The notes below the pieces were generated by a model. It was not told the origin of the DNA and made no database searches. It saw only the letters and a program-made list of their open reading frames with translations. This document shows positions 54,821 to 64,000 of a stretch of 64,000 nucleotides of DNA, one piece after another. Source of the DNA: an uncultured virus (IMG/VR IMGVR_UViG_3300027708_000061). Lineage: Duplodnaviria; Heunggongvirae; Uroviricota; Caudoviricetes. The position numbers and the translations under genes were made by a program. The DNA lies in the IMG/VR virus record IMGVR_UViG_3300027708_000061; one strand, written 5' to 3'. How positions within the stretch are numbered: the first letter of the stretch is position 1; every line of letters begins with the position of its first letter.

Positions 54821-55238
54821 GCTTGTCCCACTCATCGTCCAGCACTAGCATGGCGATGATGGCGTAGTTTGCTAGGTCAAGGAAAGAATCCTTGAGGCTC
54901 TCGTACTCTGGCTTTTGTTTTGAGTCAATCAAATGATTGATACGAGCCATCTTGTCGTGCATACGAACACGCAGACCGTTTAACGGTCCACCTGGGCTTA
55001 GGCTAATGTTGGTTGGTCCGTAGTCTTTGTGCTTGCTAAGAAGTACGTGCTTTGCATGTTGAAACTTCTGCTGGACTGCGTCGTTGAACTCCTTGTTGGG
55101 GTCGGCGTCACGAAATAAGTCTTGCAAATGCTTAGGCATCTTTTCGAAGTCACCATTAGGTAGTCCTTCACGTGCAATCTCCGCTGGGTCTAACCCCTGA
55201 GAGACTAGTTCTGTATAAATTTCTTTCATTTTACCCAT
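54813..55238 (-). CDS. DUF1599 / nucleotide-modification-associated domain protein
   Basis: KHKDYG...RMHDKMAR...DSFLDLANY. Confidence 0.8.
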   Translation of the reverse strand: MGKMKEIYTELVSQGLDPAEIAREGLPNGDFEKMPKHLQDLFRDADPNKEFNDAVQQKFQHAKHVLLSKHKDYGPTNISLSPGGPLNGLRVRMHDKMARINHLIDSKQKPEYESLKDSFLDLANYAIIAMLVLDDEWDKRG

Positions 55239-55684
55239 TAGATGTTTCTCCTGTTTTCGTTTGAGCGTCTAGTTATTTCACGGCTGACCAACGCTAAGTC
55301 ACGCTCGTGGTTGTTCAATAGCATTTCTACTAACTTACGATAAGCATACTTCTCTTCGTACTCGTTAGACAAGTCCACTACATCTTGATGGACAGCAATC
55401 TCTGCTTTGACTGTAGTTACTCGTTCACCTTTGGTGTGTGCACCCATCCGTTTAACTAGCAGGGTGTTCTCTAAGAACTCTAGTTTCTTTTGTGAGGCAC
55501 GTTCTTCTAACTGTGCGACTGCAAGTTGTGAGGCAATGTAGTCTGTCCAAGCGGTGAGTCTAGTAAACAAATTGCCAAGTTCTTCCGAACTGACATCTGT
55601 GATGTCTGAGGGCAGAGTTACTTGTTCGGTATCTGGTTTATTAAAGTGTAAGTTCCACTCACCAAATCTTTCTAATGCAGACAT
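55238..55684 (-). CDS. helical hypothetical protein in recombination cluster
   Basis: 148 aa coiled coil. Confidence 0.7.
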   Translation of the reverse strand: MSALERFGEWNLHFNKPDTEQVTLPSDITDVSSEELGNLFTRLTAWTDYIASQLAVAQLEERASQKKLEFLENTLLVKRMGAHTKGERVTTVKAEIAVHQDVVDLSNEYEEKYAYRKLVEMLLNNHERDLALVSREITRRSNENRRNI

Positions 55685-56550
55685 TAATCCTCCGTGTATG
55701 GGTCACATTGCTTACAAGTGCCAGCCCAGTTGTTTGAACATACTGGAGCCTTCTTGTTCTTGACAGCCTCCACAACCATTGCGGCTCCATCAAAGACGTG
55801 CTGTACCAACTCGTAGTCACGCTTTACTGTGAACTCTTTGTAGTCTTGGTCAGCCTTAAGTTCGTATAGGAAAACAATCTCGTTGATTGGCTCTCCATTA
55901 GCCCCCACATAACCCATGCGGCTCATGAGTTCTAGGTATACCTGACCCTGCAGGATGTGGCTGGCAAATGGACGACGAACATTCTTCCATGCTTTCATGA
56001 AGTCTCCACCAGCATCCATAAACAACCCTGGCTGTTCGTTACGGATAGTTCCTGGACCGATTGATTTTATTTCAATAAGCGTGTCTCCACGGTCATCCTT
56101 AACCCAACCATCTGTATGCCCAGCAATACGGAGTTCGTCATCCTTAAGAGTTACTTCACGGTATTCAAAAGTGTTCTTGCCGCACTGTGGGCAATCCATA
56201 ACGCCTAGGTCAAAGATGCTGAAGTCACATGAGGTACAGGTAAAACGACCATACAACACGCCCATCTCTTGGAACCATGTTTGCCACTTGTGGTGGATAG
56301 CGTGACCTTCGTCAAAGATAGACTGCAAACGTAGGTTAGGCTTTTCGGCAATCTTAGTGTGTCCATTCAACAGGAAGTACGATGCACGCTTGCACCAATC
56401 CTTCTTGATAATTTCTGATGGGTGCAACACAGTGGTGCTACGGTCTCCTACTGGACGCTTTTGTAGGTGACGCTCGATGTCGCCAATCAAACGTGATGGC
56501 TTTGCTTTGGCATCAAGAAACTTCTTTAGGTCGGTCTTTGGTGTTGGCAT
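55684..56550 (-). CDS. Cas4-like PD-(D/E)xK exonuclease
   Basis: GHAIH, GHTDG, EIKS, QGQVY, terminal Cys cluster. Confidence 0.85.
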   Translation of the reverse strand: MPTPKTDLKKFLDAKAKPSRLIGDIERHLQKRPVGDRSTTVLHPSEIIKKDWCKRASYFLLNGHTKIAEKPNLRLQSIFDEGHAIHHKWQTWFQEMGVLYGRFTCTSCDFSIFDLGVMDCPQCGKNTFEYREVTLKDDELRIAGHTDGWVKDDRGDTLIEIKSIGPGTIRNEQPGLFMDAGGDFMKAWKNVRRPFASHILQGQVYLELMSRMGYVGANGEPINEIVFLYELKADQDYKEFTVKRDYELVQHVFDGAAMVVEAVKNKKAPVCSNNWAGTCKQCDPYTED

Positions 56551-56867
56551 TAGTATTCCTTTTTATCTAATTGGTCTATGTATTCTTCTAAGGTCATTTG
56601 GTTCTTGTACTTGCGTTGCCATTTACGGACTAGGGCGTTGCGTTCTCGGTGAGATAGCCCTCCCCAGATTCCGTGTTGCTCATCTGAGTCTATAGCAAAC
56701 CACAGACATTCTTTGCGAACTGGACATGGATTGTTTCCGTTGGGTCCTAAGCAAAATGCTTTAGCCTCTGCGGCTACAAGTTTGTACTGTTCTTTATCTC
56801 GTGGAGGAAAAAAGATTTCAGGGTCTGCTGTCTTACATCTTGCTTGATGTATCCAGTTTTCATTCAT
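56550..56867 (-). CDS. whiB: WhiB-family transcription factor
   Basis: WIHQARC...FFP...CPVRKEC...GIWGG. Confidence 0.93.
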   Translation of the reverse strand: MNENWIHQARCKTADPEIFFPPRDKEQYKLVAAEAKAFCLGPNGNNPCPVRKECLWFAIDSDEQHGIWGGLSHRERNALVRKWQRKYKNQMTLEEYIDQLDKKEY

Positions 56868-57174
56868 TTACTTTGTTCCATAACTCCAGGAAGTCAGTCT
56901 CCATAAGGATGACGTAGTCTTCTCCATCAAGATGGATGCCAAACACTGGCAACCTACCATCCATTATGGCTTCAGTAACTATCTTTTTCAACTCTGCTGA
57001 CTGAATAGTCTTTGACTTTTTGCCTGTCCACTTATGTTCAATCAGCAAGTCTGCGTTACGGACGTCACCTTTACGAGACCAGAACGCCCCAGAAGCAGCC
57101 GTGGTTTGCCCTCCAATGGCTTTAGCGAGACGTTTCTCGTGCTTCTGGGACTGCTTCTGACCTTCACTCTTCAA
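56860..57174 (-). CDS. PD-(D/E)xK resolvase-like protein
   Basis: HEKRLAK...SGA...KGDV...IEHK. Confidence 0.75.
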   Translation of the reverse strand: MKSEGQKQSQKHEKRLAKAIGGQTTAASGAFWSRKGDVRNADLLIEHKWTGKKSKTIQSAELKKIVTEAIMDGRLPVFGIHLDGEDYVILMETDFLELWNKVNE

Positions 57175-57406
57175 CGGCTACTTGACCCTTCTGGGAAGCA
57201 TCGATGATACGAGGGATAAGGAAAAATAGTTGTTCACGTGTATAACAAGTAGAACAACCACAGAACGGTTCTCCTGACAAGGTTACAAAGTCATCAGGCT
57301 CTTCACCATCAACCATGGACTCACAGTTCCACATGTACTCTTCATACTCGGTTTCAAGTTTCTTAGCCCAAGCATCATCGTTTATTACTACTCGCTTATT
57401 ACTCAT
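57164..57406 (-). CDS. hypothetical protein
   Basis: PFCGCSTC. Confidence 0.7.
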   Translation of the reverse strand: MSNKRVVINDDAWAKKLETEYEEYMWNCESMVDGEEPDDFVTLSGEPFCGCSTCYTREQLFFLIPRIIDASQKGQVAVEE

Positions 57407-58445
57407 CAGTTCCTCCTACAAAACTGTCTGGTGTTGATAAGACCTTTTCCCTCAACTCTTCAAAGAAGTCTACTTCTTCACGCAGGCTATTGACAAGAGC
57501 CTCTTGACCCTGCCACTTGCGTTCTCCATAGTAAACCCAACCGCCTCTGCGGTCAACAATGCCTTTAACAATTACCATTGCAGCAACTTCTTTAGCGGTG
57601 TCGTAGTCTCCAGCCTTGTAGATGCTGTGGTCTGAAAAATAAAAGTCCACATACGCTGTACGACTTGGAGGAGCAGTCTTGTTCTTCAAAGTTCTAATCT
57701 TGATACGTTGACCTACACGAGTCTTGTTGACTCCAGTTCCCGATTCAATGTATTCATCACGGCGAACTTCTGAACGTGTGAAGTATGCGTAATCCTTGCC
57801 TTGACCTCCTGGAGTTGTACGAGGGTCTCCGTGCATCACACCAATTTTCATACGGTATTGGTTGATGATGATGCCTAGAACAGGGCGTTCGTCTTCAGTT
57901 AGACTACGCTTCATAGCGGCTCCAGCCTTACGGAAGAACTTGTTAGTGATTAGGGCTCCACGACCAACAGTCATTTCATCCATCGTTTTTTCGCTTTCAG
58001 GACTGGGGACAAGAGCAGGTAAACTGTCGATAACAATAGCATCAACAGACTTAGACTCAGCAAAAGCAATGACCGCATCATACGCTTCTTCCATGATGTT
58101 GGTTTCAATGACGATGACACGGCTGGTATCTACTCCACACATCTCTGCGTACTCTGGGACCCACTGCTCTGCAGCAACCCAGACTGTGGTGAAGTTTGGG
58201 TCATGGGCTTGATTGGCTGCAATAGTTTTGAGGGCAATTGCGGTTTTACCATGCGAAGGTTCACCAACAAGTTCATTCCACTGGTTACTTGGGAACCCTC
58301 CCCCAAGGATGTAGTCAAACGTAGTACTTCCTGTAGTGATTCGTTTGATAAGTTCTCCACGGATGTCTCCTCCAATCACTACGGTATCTGTACCAAAGCG
58401 TTTGTTTAGTTGTGCCATTACTTTTAAAGCGTCTGCGTTAATCAT
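57399..58445 (-). CDS. recA: RecA recombinase
   Basis: GEPSHGKT, VIDSL, INQYRMKIGVMHGDPRTTPGG. Confidence 0.95.
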   Translation of the reverse strand: MINADALKVMAQLNKRFGTDTVVIGGDIRGELIKRITTGSTTFDYILGGGFPSNQWNELVGEPSHGKTAIALKTIAANQAHDPNFTTVWVAAEQWVPEYAEMCGVDTSRVIVIETNIMEEAYDAVIAFAESKSVDAIVIDSLPALVPSPESEKTMDEMTVGRGALITNKFFRKAGAAMKRSLTEDERPVLGIIINQYRMKIGVMHGDPRTTPGGQGKDYAYFTRSEVRRDEYIESGTGVNKTRVGQRIKIRTLKNKTAPPSRTAYVDFYFSDHSIYKAGDYDTAKEVAAMVIVKGIVDRRGGWVYYGERKWQGQEALVNSLREEVDFFEELREKVLSTPDSFVGGTDE

Positions 58446-58834
58446 TAGATTCTTCCGATAATTTGTTGTGGGTTGTACCCGCCTGAAGTGCTATTACCTT
58501 GTGCTGGTTTCGCCGAGCCTTCAACATGTGCACCAGCGAGACCACCGAAACGTGACCCCGACTGTTCGGTGGGGTACCCACAGTCAAAGCAGCGTGCTTT
58601 CGCATTTTCAATAGCCATAAAGTTGATTGACCCGCAGTCAGGACACGTAGCAGTCTGCTTAGAAGACTGGGCTTTGTTGTTCTGCCCTGGTAATGGGGGT
58701 AGCCCTTGGTCTGGAAACCTGGGCATCGCACTCATAGGCAGTTGACTAGGTGGCATCTGTGGTGTTGGGTCAGGTCTAGTTGTTTGTTGTTGTGGGTTGT
58801 TTAATTTTTTAGCCCACCAATCAGCATTGTTCAT
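58445..58834 (-). CDS. Zn-ribbon protein
   Basis: CPDC...CFDC. Confidence 0.75.
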   Translation of the reverse strand: MNNADWWAKKLNNPQQQTTRPDPTPQMPPSQLPMSAMPRFPDQGLPPLPGQNNKAQSSKQTATCPDCGSINFMAIENAKARCFDCGYPTEQSGSRFGGLAGAHVEGSAKPAQGNSTSGGYNPQQIIGRI

Positions 58835-59244
58835 CTTCTACCTCTTTGTTTTGGAATTTCTAATAAACCCATGTCAATTAATTGTGAAATGGAACCGAGC
58901 ATTGCTGACATGGCTACTTGCTCGACCATGCGACGACTGAACATCCAAACTTCTTCAGGTATTCCTTGTAAATCTGCTACATTCTTTTTCTGAAACTCTA
59001 TGGAACCTTCAGCCAAGGAATGTGCATAGGTGTAAGCCAAAGGAACTAAATGAGCAATGCGGTCTACACGGATGTCGCTTTCCTCTTCTTCTCTTTCGGC
59101 TACTTCATCGCTGATAACAGACAGCCCAAGCAGTTCTGCTAGTTCGTGTGGGTTTTGTATTTGGGAATCAAGTATAAAGCCACGGAGTCTGGACGCCATG
59201 TCTATCATGGATAGGTTAGTCTTTTTCTTTTTGAAAAGACTCAC
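58831..59244 (-). CDS. hypothetical protein
   Basis: GTGA overlap with polA stop. Confidence 0.7.
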   Translation of the reverse strand: MSLFKKKKTNLSMIDMASRLRGFILDSQIQNPHELAELLGLSVISDEVAEREEEESDIRVDRIAHLVPLAYTYAHSLAEGSIEFQKKNVADLQGIPEEVWMFSRRMVEQVAMSAMLGSISQLIDMGLLEIPKQRGRR

Positions 59245-61262
59245 TTGGCTTCTCCCCATTTGTTTACTACCTTTGGCTCTGTGATTAATGGAACGTTTAA
59301 TACGTTCAATCTTATACCCTCCATAGAGATTTTGATTGCCTCCGCAGCCTCCTCAGCGAGTTCATCGGGTGCAATGGTTACTAACTCGTCATGGACAGTA
59401 AGCACAACATTTATGCGAGGTTCATTAACAAAACAAGAATGGGCACGAACAAGTGCTAACTTCATGATGTCAGCGGCTGAACCTTGGATGACTGTGTTAA
59501 ACGCTTGGCGTTCAGCACGAGACAATAGTCCTTGGTCTTTACTTAGTAGGTCGGGGATGTAGCGACGGCGACCAAAGATAGTTTCTACAAATGGAATTGG
59601 TCCAGACTGTTTAGCAAACCGAACTACCTTGGCTTTGTACTTTGGAATGCTGGAGAACTTTGCCTCAAAGTCACGGAGCAACTTCTTAGCCTCAGTAACA
59701 GTACAACCAATGGAACTAGCAATCTTGTCTGGTCCTACTCCATAAGAGATAGCAAGTACAAGAACCTTACCAGCCTTGCGGTCTACGCCCATGGTGTCAC
59801 CAATGGTGGTATAGATGTCGCCACCAGTTAAGTAGTTGTTTATGAGGATTGGGTCTTGGCTAAATGAAGCGATGATGCGTGGCTCAATTTGTGAGTAGTC
59901 AGCAACAATAAGTTTGTGTCCTGGGGGAGCAACGAATAGGTCACGAACTAGTTTTCCGTAGTCTCCAGAAGAGGGTATGTTCTGGAGGTTAGGTTCACTG
60001 GAGGAGAATCTACCTGTCTCAGCCCCGTGAGACTTGAAGTTGGTGTGGACACGACCATTAATAAGTAGTGACTTCCGCATGGTACTAGTCTCTTTACCAT
60101 TGGTTACACGCTTAACCATGCCACCTGTGTAAGGAGTTACATAGGTAGTCATAAGTTTGTTTAGGTCTTGATACTCCAGCAGTGCGTCTACTAGGTCATC
60201 TTTTCCTCGGTAATACTCTAGAGCCTCTGCTGATACTGAGAAGTGAGTTTCATTTAGGGCTTCGGATAGGTCTGCGTTTCGAGGCAATGACCTGACAAGT
60301 TCCTTGCCTTTGTCTGTAAGAACATTTGAGTACTTTAGATTTGGGCGACATCTTGGAGCCTTTCCATTTTGAGATGCAAAGAGTAACTTTTGCTTTGTAG
60401 GAACAGAGTTGATAGGGAATGCTTTACCAGCAATCTTGTACGCCTTAGCCTCAGCAGCAACTTTGTCCTGTTCAATCTGGGTAGCCAAGGTACCTAGCAT
60501 GTTTTGGTCAATGTAAGCCCCAGTAAGTTCCATGTCACAGAGTGCGGCAAGAACATCCATTTCTAACTTCCATACCTTTTGCAAGTTACCTGTGATTTTT
60601 TCGTTGAGTACTTTGTATAAGTCCCAAGTTAATTCTGCATCGATGCCAGAATAATTAGCAACATCGCTAAAAGAATGTAGGGCAACATTTTCACCAATAC
60701 CTTTGTTCATGTCCACGCCTAGTTCACGCTGTACGCATGCCTTTAGGTTAAGGGCATTCTTGTTTAAATTGTTTACTATGAATGCAGCAGTCAGCGTGTC
60801 AAAGTATGGCTTACTTGGTACACGACCTTTAAAGTATTTGGCTACAGACTTTAAATCAAACTTAGCATTGTGAGCCACCTTTAACTTGTCACTAAACATC
60901 AATGGTTCGATGGCTTTAAATACTTCAGCAGGGTTGAGTTGCTTAGGAGCCTCACCAAACTTAGCCACCCATTTGCGTGTGTCTTTGGAATAGTGGGTGT
61001 CTAAAATTTCTTTGCCTGATGCTAGGCGACGCTGACCCTCAAGTAGCAAAGGCTTATCGTACCCATCAAGTTCCCCGTTAGGGTGACCCATAGGTATTAC
61101 ATCTGAGCGACCCTCGGTCGCAAAGGAAATCCAGCAGACATCGTTGATGACTGGGTATAGGCGGTCTTCGCCGATTGTTTCTACGTCAAATGCAAAGGCA
61201 TTGACTTTGGAGTAGTACTCCACAAACTCTTGTAACTGTTCAGCAGTTGTAATGATGTTCAT
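59241..61262 (-). CDS. polA: family A DNA polymerase with 3'-5' exonuclease
   Basis: DVET, HNAKFD, TGRFSS, DYSQIE, VHDE. Confidence 0.95.
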   Translation of the reverse strand: MNIITTAEQLQEFVEYYSKVNAFAFDVETIGEDRLYPVINDVCWISFATEGRSDVIPMGHPNGELDGYDKPLLLEGQRRLASGKEILDTHYSKDTRKWVAKFGEAPKQLNPAEVFKAIEPLMFSDKLKVAHNAKFDLKSVAKYFKGRVPSKPYFDTLTAAFIVNNLNKNALNLKACVQRELGVDMNKGIGENVALHSFSDVANYSGIDAELTWDLYKVLNEKITGNLQKVWKLEMDVLAALCDMELTGAYIDQNMLGTLATQIEQDKVAAEAKAYKIAGKAFPINSVPTKQKLLFASQNGKAPRCRPNLKYSNVLTDKGKELVRSLPRNADLSEALNETHFSVSAEALEYYRGKDDLVDALLEYQDLNKLMTTYVTPYTGGMVKRVTNGKETSTMRKSLLINGRVHTNFKSHGAETGRFSSSEPNLQNIPSSGDYGKLVRDLFVAPPGHKLIVADYSQIEPRIIASFSQDPILINNYLTGGDIYTTIGDTMGVDRKAGKVLVLAISYGVGPDKIASSIGCTVTEAKKLLRDFEAKFSSIPKYKAKVVRFAKQSGPIPFVETIFGRRRYIPDLLSKDQGLLSRAERQAFNTVIQGSAADIMKLALVRAHSCFVNEPRINVVLTVHDELVTIAPDELAEEAAEAIKISMEGIRLNVLNVPLITEPKVVNKWGEAK

Positions 61263-61279
61263 TGTTCCCTCAGAGATTG

Positions 61280-61326
61280 AAAAAGAGGGCTAAGGCGGAA
61301 TTGGAAGTAAAACCTTAGCCCTCTTT
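61280..61326 (-). terminator. intrinsic terminator
   Basis: AAAGAGGGCTAAGG/CCTTAGCCCTCTTT stem with T-run. Confidence 0.75.
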
Positions 61327-61337
61327 AGTGAGTGAGA

Positions 61338-61991
61338 CTAGGAGACTAGTGACCTAGCGATGGTTAGCAGTTCCGCACGAGGGGTTACGTATACTGCACT
61401 TGTGTCGTACTTAGTTGCGTTAGCAACTAGGTCTTCCACATCCTCTTGGTCGAGTTCCCACTCTTCGGCAAGGTCGGTGCCACGAACACGGTCAAGCGTG
61501 TAAGTGGTCTGAGGACCTGAACCCTGACGAGAGATTGCCCAGTAGTACTTGGTCAACGGACCACGCTTGGTATCGTCATTTGCAGCCTTTAACTGGCGTG
61601 CCAGTGTTGGAGGGGCTGTCAAAATCATGACACCTGGCTCCTCGTCCGATAGGACAAGGACATTGAAAGCAAACTTGCCACGTGGCTTGTCGCCTGCAAT
61701 GGTGCAGAGAGGGCAGTCATCGCCTAGACATACAAACGACTTCTTGCCATCACGGTCAATCCAGTGCTGGAAGTAAACGGAGAACGGCTCATCCTCTAGA
61801 AAGCGAATGAGTTGGGCTTGCTCAGTAAAGCGGAAGTCACTAGCGTATTCACCAGAATCCTTCTTAGGCTTTAGTAGAGCATCGGCAGCAGCCCATCCTG
61901 CTTGGACGGTTGTGCCGTGTTTCGGAGCAACATCTTCGATGTCGTCCGTCAAGTAATCATCTGCGTCAATGATTGGCTTGTTGATAGTCAT
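61338..61991 (-). CDS. single-stranded DNA-binding protein (gp32-like)
   Basis: IRFL...QHW...C.GDDCPLC; AAGGAG RBS before MTINK. Confidence 0.65.
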   Translation of the reverse strand: MTINKPIIDADDYLTDDIEDVAPKHGTTVQAGWAAADALLKPKKDSGEYASDFRFTEQAQLIRFLEDEPFSVYFQHWIDRDGKKSFVCLGDDCPLCTIAGDKPRGKFAFNVLVLSDEEPGVMILTAPPTLARQLKAANDDTKRGPLTKYYWAISRQGSGPQTTYTLDRVRGTDLAEEWELDQEDVEDLVANATKYDTSAVYVTPRAELLTIARSLVS

Positions 61992-62056
61992 AATGACCAT
62001 CTCCTTATTTGGTAGTGAGCCTTGCGGTCTCGGTTGGTTATGAGGTCGGGTGACTC

Positions 62057-62536
62057 TCAGGGTTTCTCCACGGATTCTTTCCAACGCTTTACTATTGCGT
62101 CAGTCAAGTCTTCGTGTTTACTCCATTCTATACGAGCGGAGCCGAGAAGTCCACGTTGGTTAAACTCTTGAATAGCAATTTCAATTAGTTCACGAGTATA
62201 AACTCGATTACCATTTACTTTATTCCCATTCAAACTTTTTGAACGTAGGCGGTAGGGAGCGTTAGGAAAAAATCCTTTCTTCTCCCAGAATCGGATAGTG
62301 ACAACTTGTTTCTCTAATGCTAGTGCTAGTGCACCAACAGTAAATAACTCTGTCTCTGCTCCCTTGATGACTTTAATGATTGGGGATTTATCCCAACCAT
62401 TAGATTCACCAAGAATTTTGGCACGGATTTTCTGGGACTTCTCAGTCACAGTACGTCTAGGTTGTTTAGACCCAGGAGCGAGATTCAAACCCTCAAATGC
62501 TTTAAGGATTTCTTTATCGCTGCGTAATCCAGCCAT
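62057..62536 (-). CDS. MerR-like HTH protein
   Basis: FTVGALA...TIRFWEKKG...RVYT. Confidence 0.8.
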   Translation of the reverse strand: MAGLRSDKEILKAFEGLNLAPGSKQPRRTVTEKSQKIRAKILGESNGWDKSPIIKVIKGAETELFTVGALALALEKQVVTIRFWEKKGFFPNAPYRLRSKSLNGNKVNGNRVYTRELIEIAIQEFNQRGLLGSARIEWSKHEDLTDAIVKRWKESVEKP

Positions 62537-62544
62537 TAAATCTA

Positions 62545-62988
62545 TTACTTCTTTTTGGTAGTTAGAGCCCAAACAATTTTTGCAGGGAACATCTCGTCGA
62601 TTTCGTCTTCTGAAATCTTTCCCTCATAATGAGCAGCCATCAAAGCGTCCTCATTAATGACTCGCTTCATCTCATAGACAGTGCCTTCAAGTTGCTTCTC
62701 AGCAATGATTTCATCTGCTTTGGTCTCGTCAATCTTGCGAGTTACTCGACGCTGCTTTTCTAGGCGTACTACCTCTTCAATGGTGGATGCTAGTTCAAGG
62801 ATTACGTTACCCTTGTCGTCTTCAAAACCATTCTCGTCAATCTTTTCAAACAACTTCTCACGAAGTTCTTTCTGACGGGTCTCTAGGACTTCCATTGTTG
62901 ATTTAAGTTTGATGTACTCACGTACCTGTGACTCTAGGTCATCTGGACCTGAGAAACGTACGCCCTCTTCTGGTGCTGTGTTTGCCAA
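62545..62988 (-). CDS. hypothetical protein
   Basis: 147 aa, AGGAG RBS. Confidence 0.75.
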   Translation of the reverse strand: MANTAPEEGVRFSGPDDLESQVREYIKLKSTMEVLETRQKELREKLFEKIDENGFEDDKGNVILELASTIEEVVRLEKQRRVTRKIDETKADEIIAEKQLEGTVYEMKRVINEDALMAAHYEGKISEDEIDEMFPAKIVWALTTKKK

Positions 62989-62998
62989 TTTATTTCTC

Positions 62999-64000
62999 CT
63001 AAATTAATTTGGTTGTTAGGAAGTCTATAAGACTACCCACAGTTAAGTCAACCCCACCCTTGGAATTAATTCCAGAGCCATCAAGGATTGCTCCTGCAAC
63101 ATTTCCTTTTTGCTTTAGCATGTCGTACTGCCTCTGCTCAATGGAGCCTGCCACAAGTATGTCTTGCACAGTGATTACTTCCCACTCTGATGATGTGCGG
63201 TTGATTCTACCATTGCGTTGGACGGAAAGTCCAGCAGACCATGGCTGGTCATAGTTTACTAAAAGATTACCTTGAGGCAAATCCACCCCATAGCCACCAG
63301 CGTCACTAGATACCAGAACACGAACGTCTTGCTCGGTCTGAAAGGATACTTTGGCTGACTCTTTTTGTTTGGCATTCATCTCTCCTGTATAGGCTACTGC
63401 TCCATAGCCTGAATCGTTTAAAGATTTTGTAATGGCACTAACTGAATCTAAATACGAAGTAAATACTACAGCCTTGTAGGTGTTGTCTATGTCTAAATGG
63501 TCTTTAAGGTAAGCAATAAGCGTGTCTTGTTTTGGCGTTTTTGCTACGCCCTCTAACTGCTCCAGGATGGAATGAATGTAGGCACTGCCTTTGCCTGTGT
63601 GCTTCTCAAAATTAGCCGCACTGTTATGGAGTAAGAAAGGATTTGAACACAGCATTCGTAGTGCGGTTATTCGGGACATGACTTCACCACGAATCTGATT
63701 GGCTGGGTCATTAGCGTCATAGGTTTGTCCATAGTGAGCGGCAATGTTGAAGTTGCTTCCCAATAGTTCTTTAGCCTCCATAAGAACCCTGTATAAATCT
63801 TTGGCTATGTGGTCGTACAGTTGTTGGCTCTTGCGGTCTAACTTCACAATGATTGGGTCTCGGTACACGGCATCAGGTAGGTACGGCTTAACGTCTTCAT
63901 CCTTCTGTGCTTTACGGACTGCGTGGTCCATTAAAGTCTTATGGAGCAAAGGAAGATTGCGGTATCTCTGAACCCCACCAAAGTGATTGCGGACTATGAA
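62999..64000 (-). CDS. SNF2-like SF2 helicase, C-terminal part (runs off window)
   Basis: AVVFTSY, SSDAGGYGVDL, QRNGRINR. Confidence 0.9.
   Translation of the reverse strand, partial: FIVRNHFGGVQRYRNLPLLHKTLMDHAVRKAQKDEDVKPYLPDAVYRDPIIVKLDRKSQQLYDHIAKDLYRVLMEAKELLGSNFNIAAHYGQTYDANDPANQIRGEVMSRITALRMLCSNPFLLHNSAANFEKHTGKGSAYIHSILEQLEGVAKTPKQDTLIAYLKDHLDIDNTYKAVVFTSYLDSVSAITKSLNDSGYGAVAYTGEMNAKQKESAKVSFQTEQDVRVLVSSDAGGYGVDLPQGNLLVNYDQPWSAGLSVQRNGRINRTSSEWEVITVQDILVAGSIEQRQYDMLKQKGNVAGAILDGSGINSKGGVDLTVGSLIDFLTTKLI

Noticed and set aside
55684..56550. CRISPR-Cas system
   Set aside because: Solo Cas4-like nuclease in a recombination cluster; no array or other cas genes

Overview
The window is a 64-kb segment of a large tailed actinobacteriophage. 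The host inference rests on two WhiB genes, a ClgR-like regulator and leaderless promoters. Layout: (i) 1-14.2 kb, minus strand: major capsid, scaffold, portal, large terminase, KTSC protein, repeat-rich fibre/decoration protein and a lysis/membrane cassette; (ii) 14.5-18 kb: NlpC/P60, tRNA-Trp, Hsp20; (iii) 18-25.9 kb: array of GNAT-, ADP-ribosyltransferase- and ParB-like genes; (iv) 25.9-27.35 kb: non-coding strand-switch region with a sigmaA-type promoter and a highly structured RNA ending in a tRNA-like fold; (v) 27.4-40.1 kb, plus strand, probably early: AAA+/VWA pair, many small coupled ORFs, HTH proteins, WhiB, tyrosine recombinase; (vi) 40.2-64 kb, minus strand: class II RNR, Endo VII, TGT-like/HAD/nucleotidyltransferase genes, a second block of small orphans, SpoVS, RuvC, Cas4-like nuclease, WhiB, RecA, PolA, SSB-like protein, SF2 helicase. 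Best leads: (1) a fixed-spacing promoter (GTTTAG-N24-NANNNT) heads the virion/lysis genes and both orphan arrays, whose unrelated proteins share short peptide tags (MGANN, MPANRPP, GQQF), suggesting a capsid-cargo addressing system; (2) a canonical -1 frameshift signal that would add a membrane anchor to a secreted PA14 protein; (3) a ~365-nt structured RNA plus a second tRNA-like element, both with a 12-bp acceptor/T helix followed by ACGC. All calls come from reading motifs by eye; no database searches or folding programs were run.
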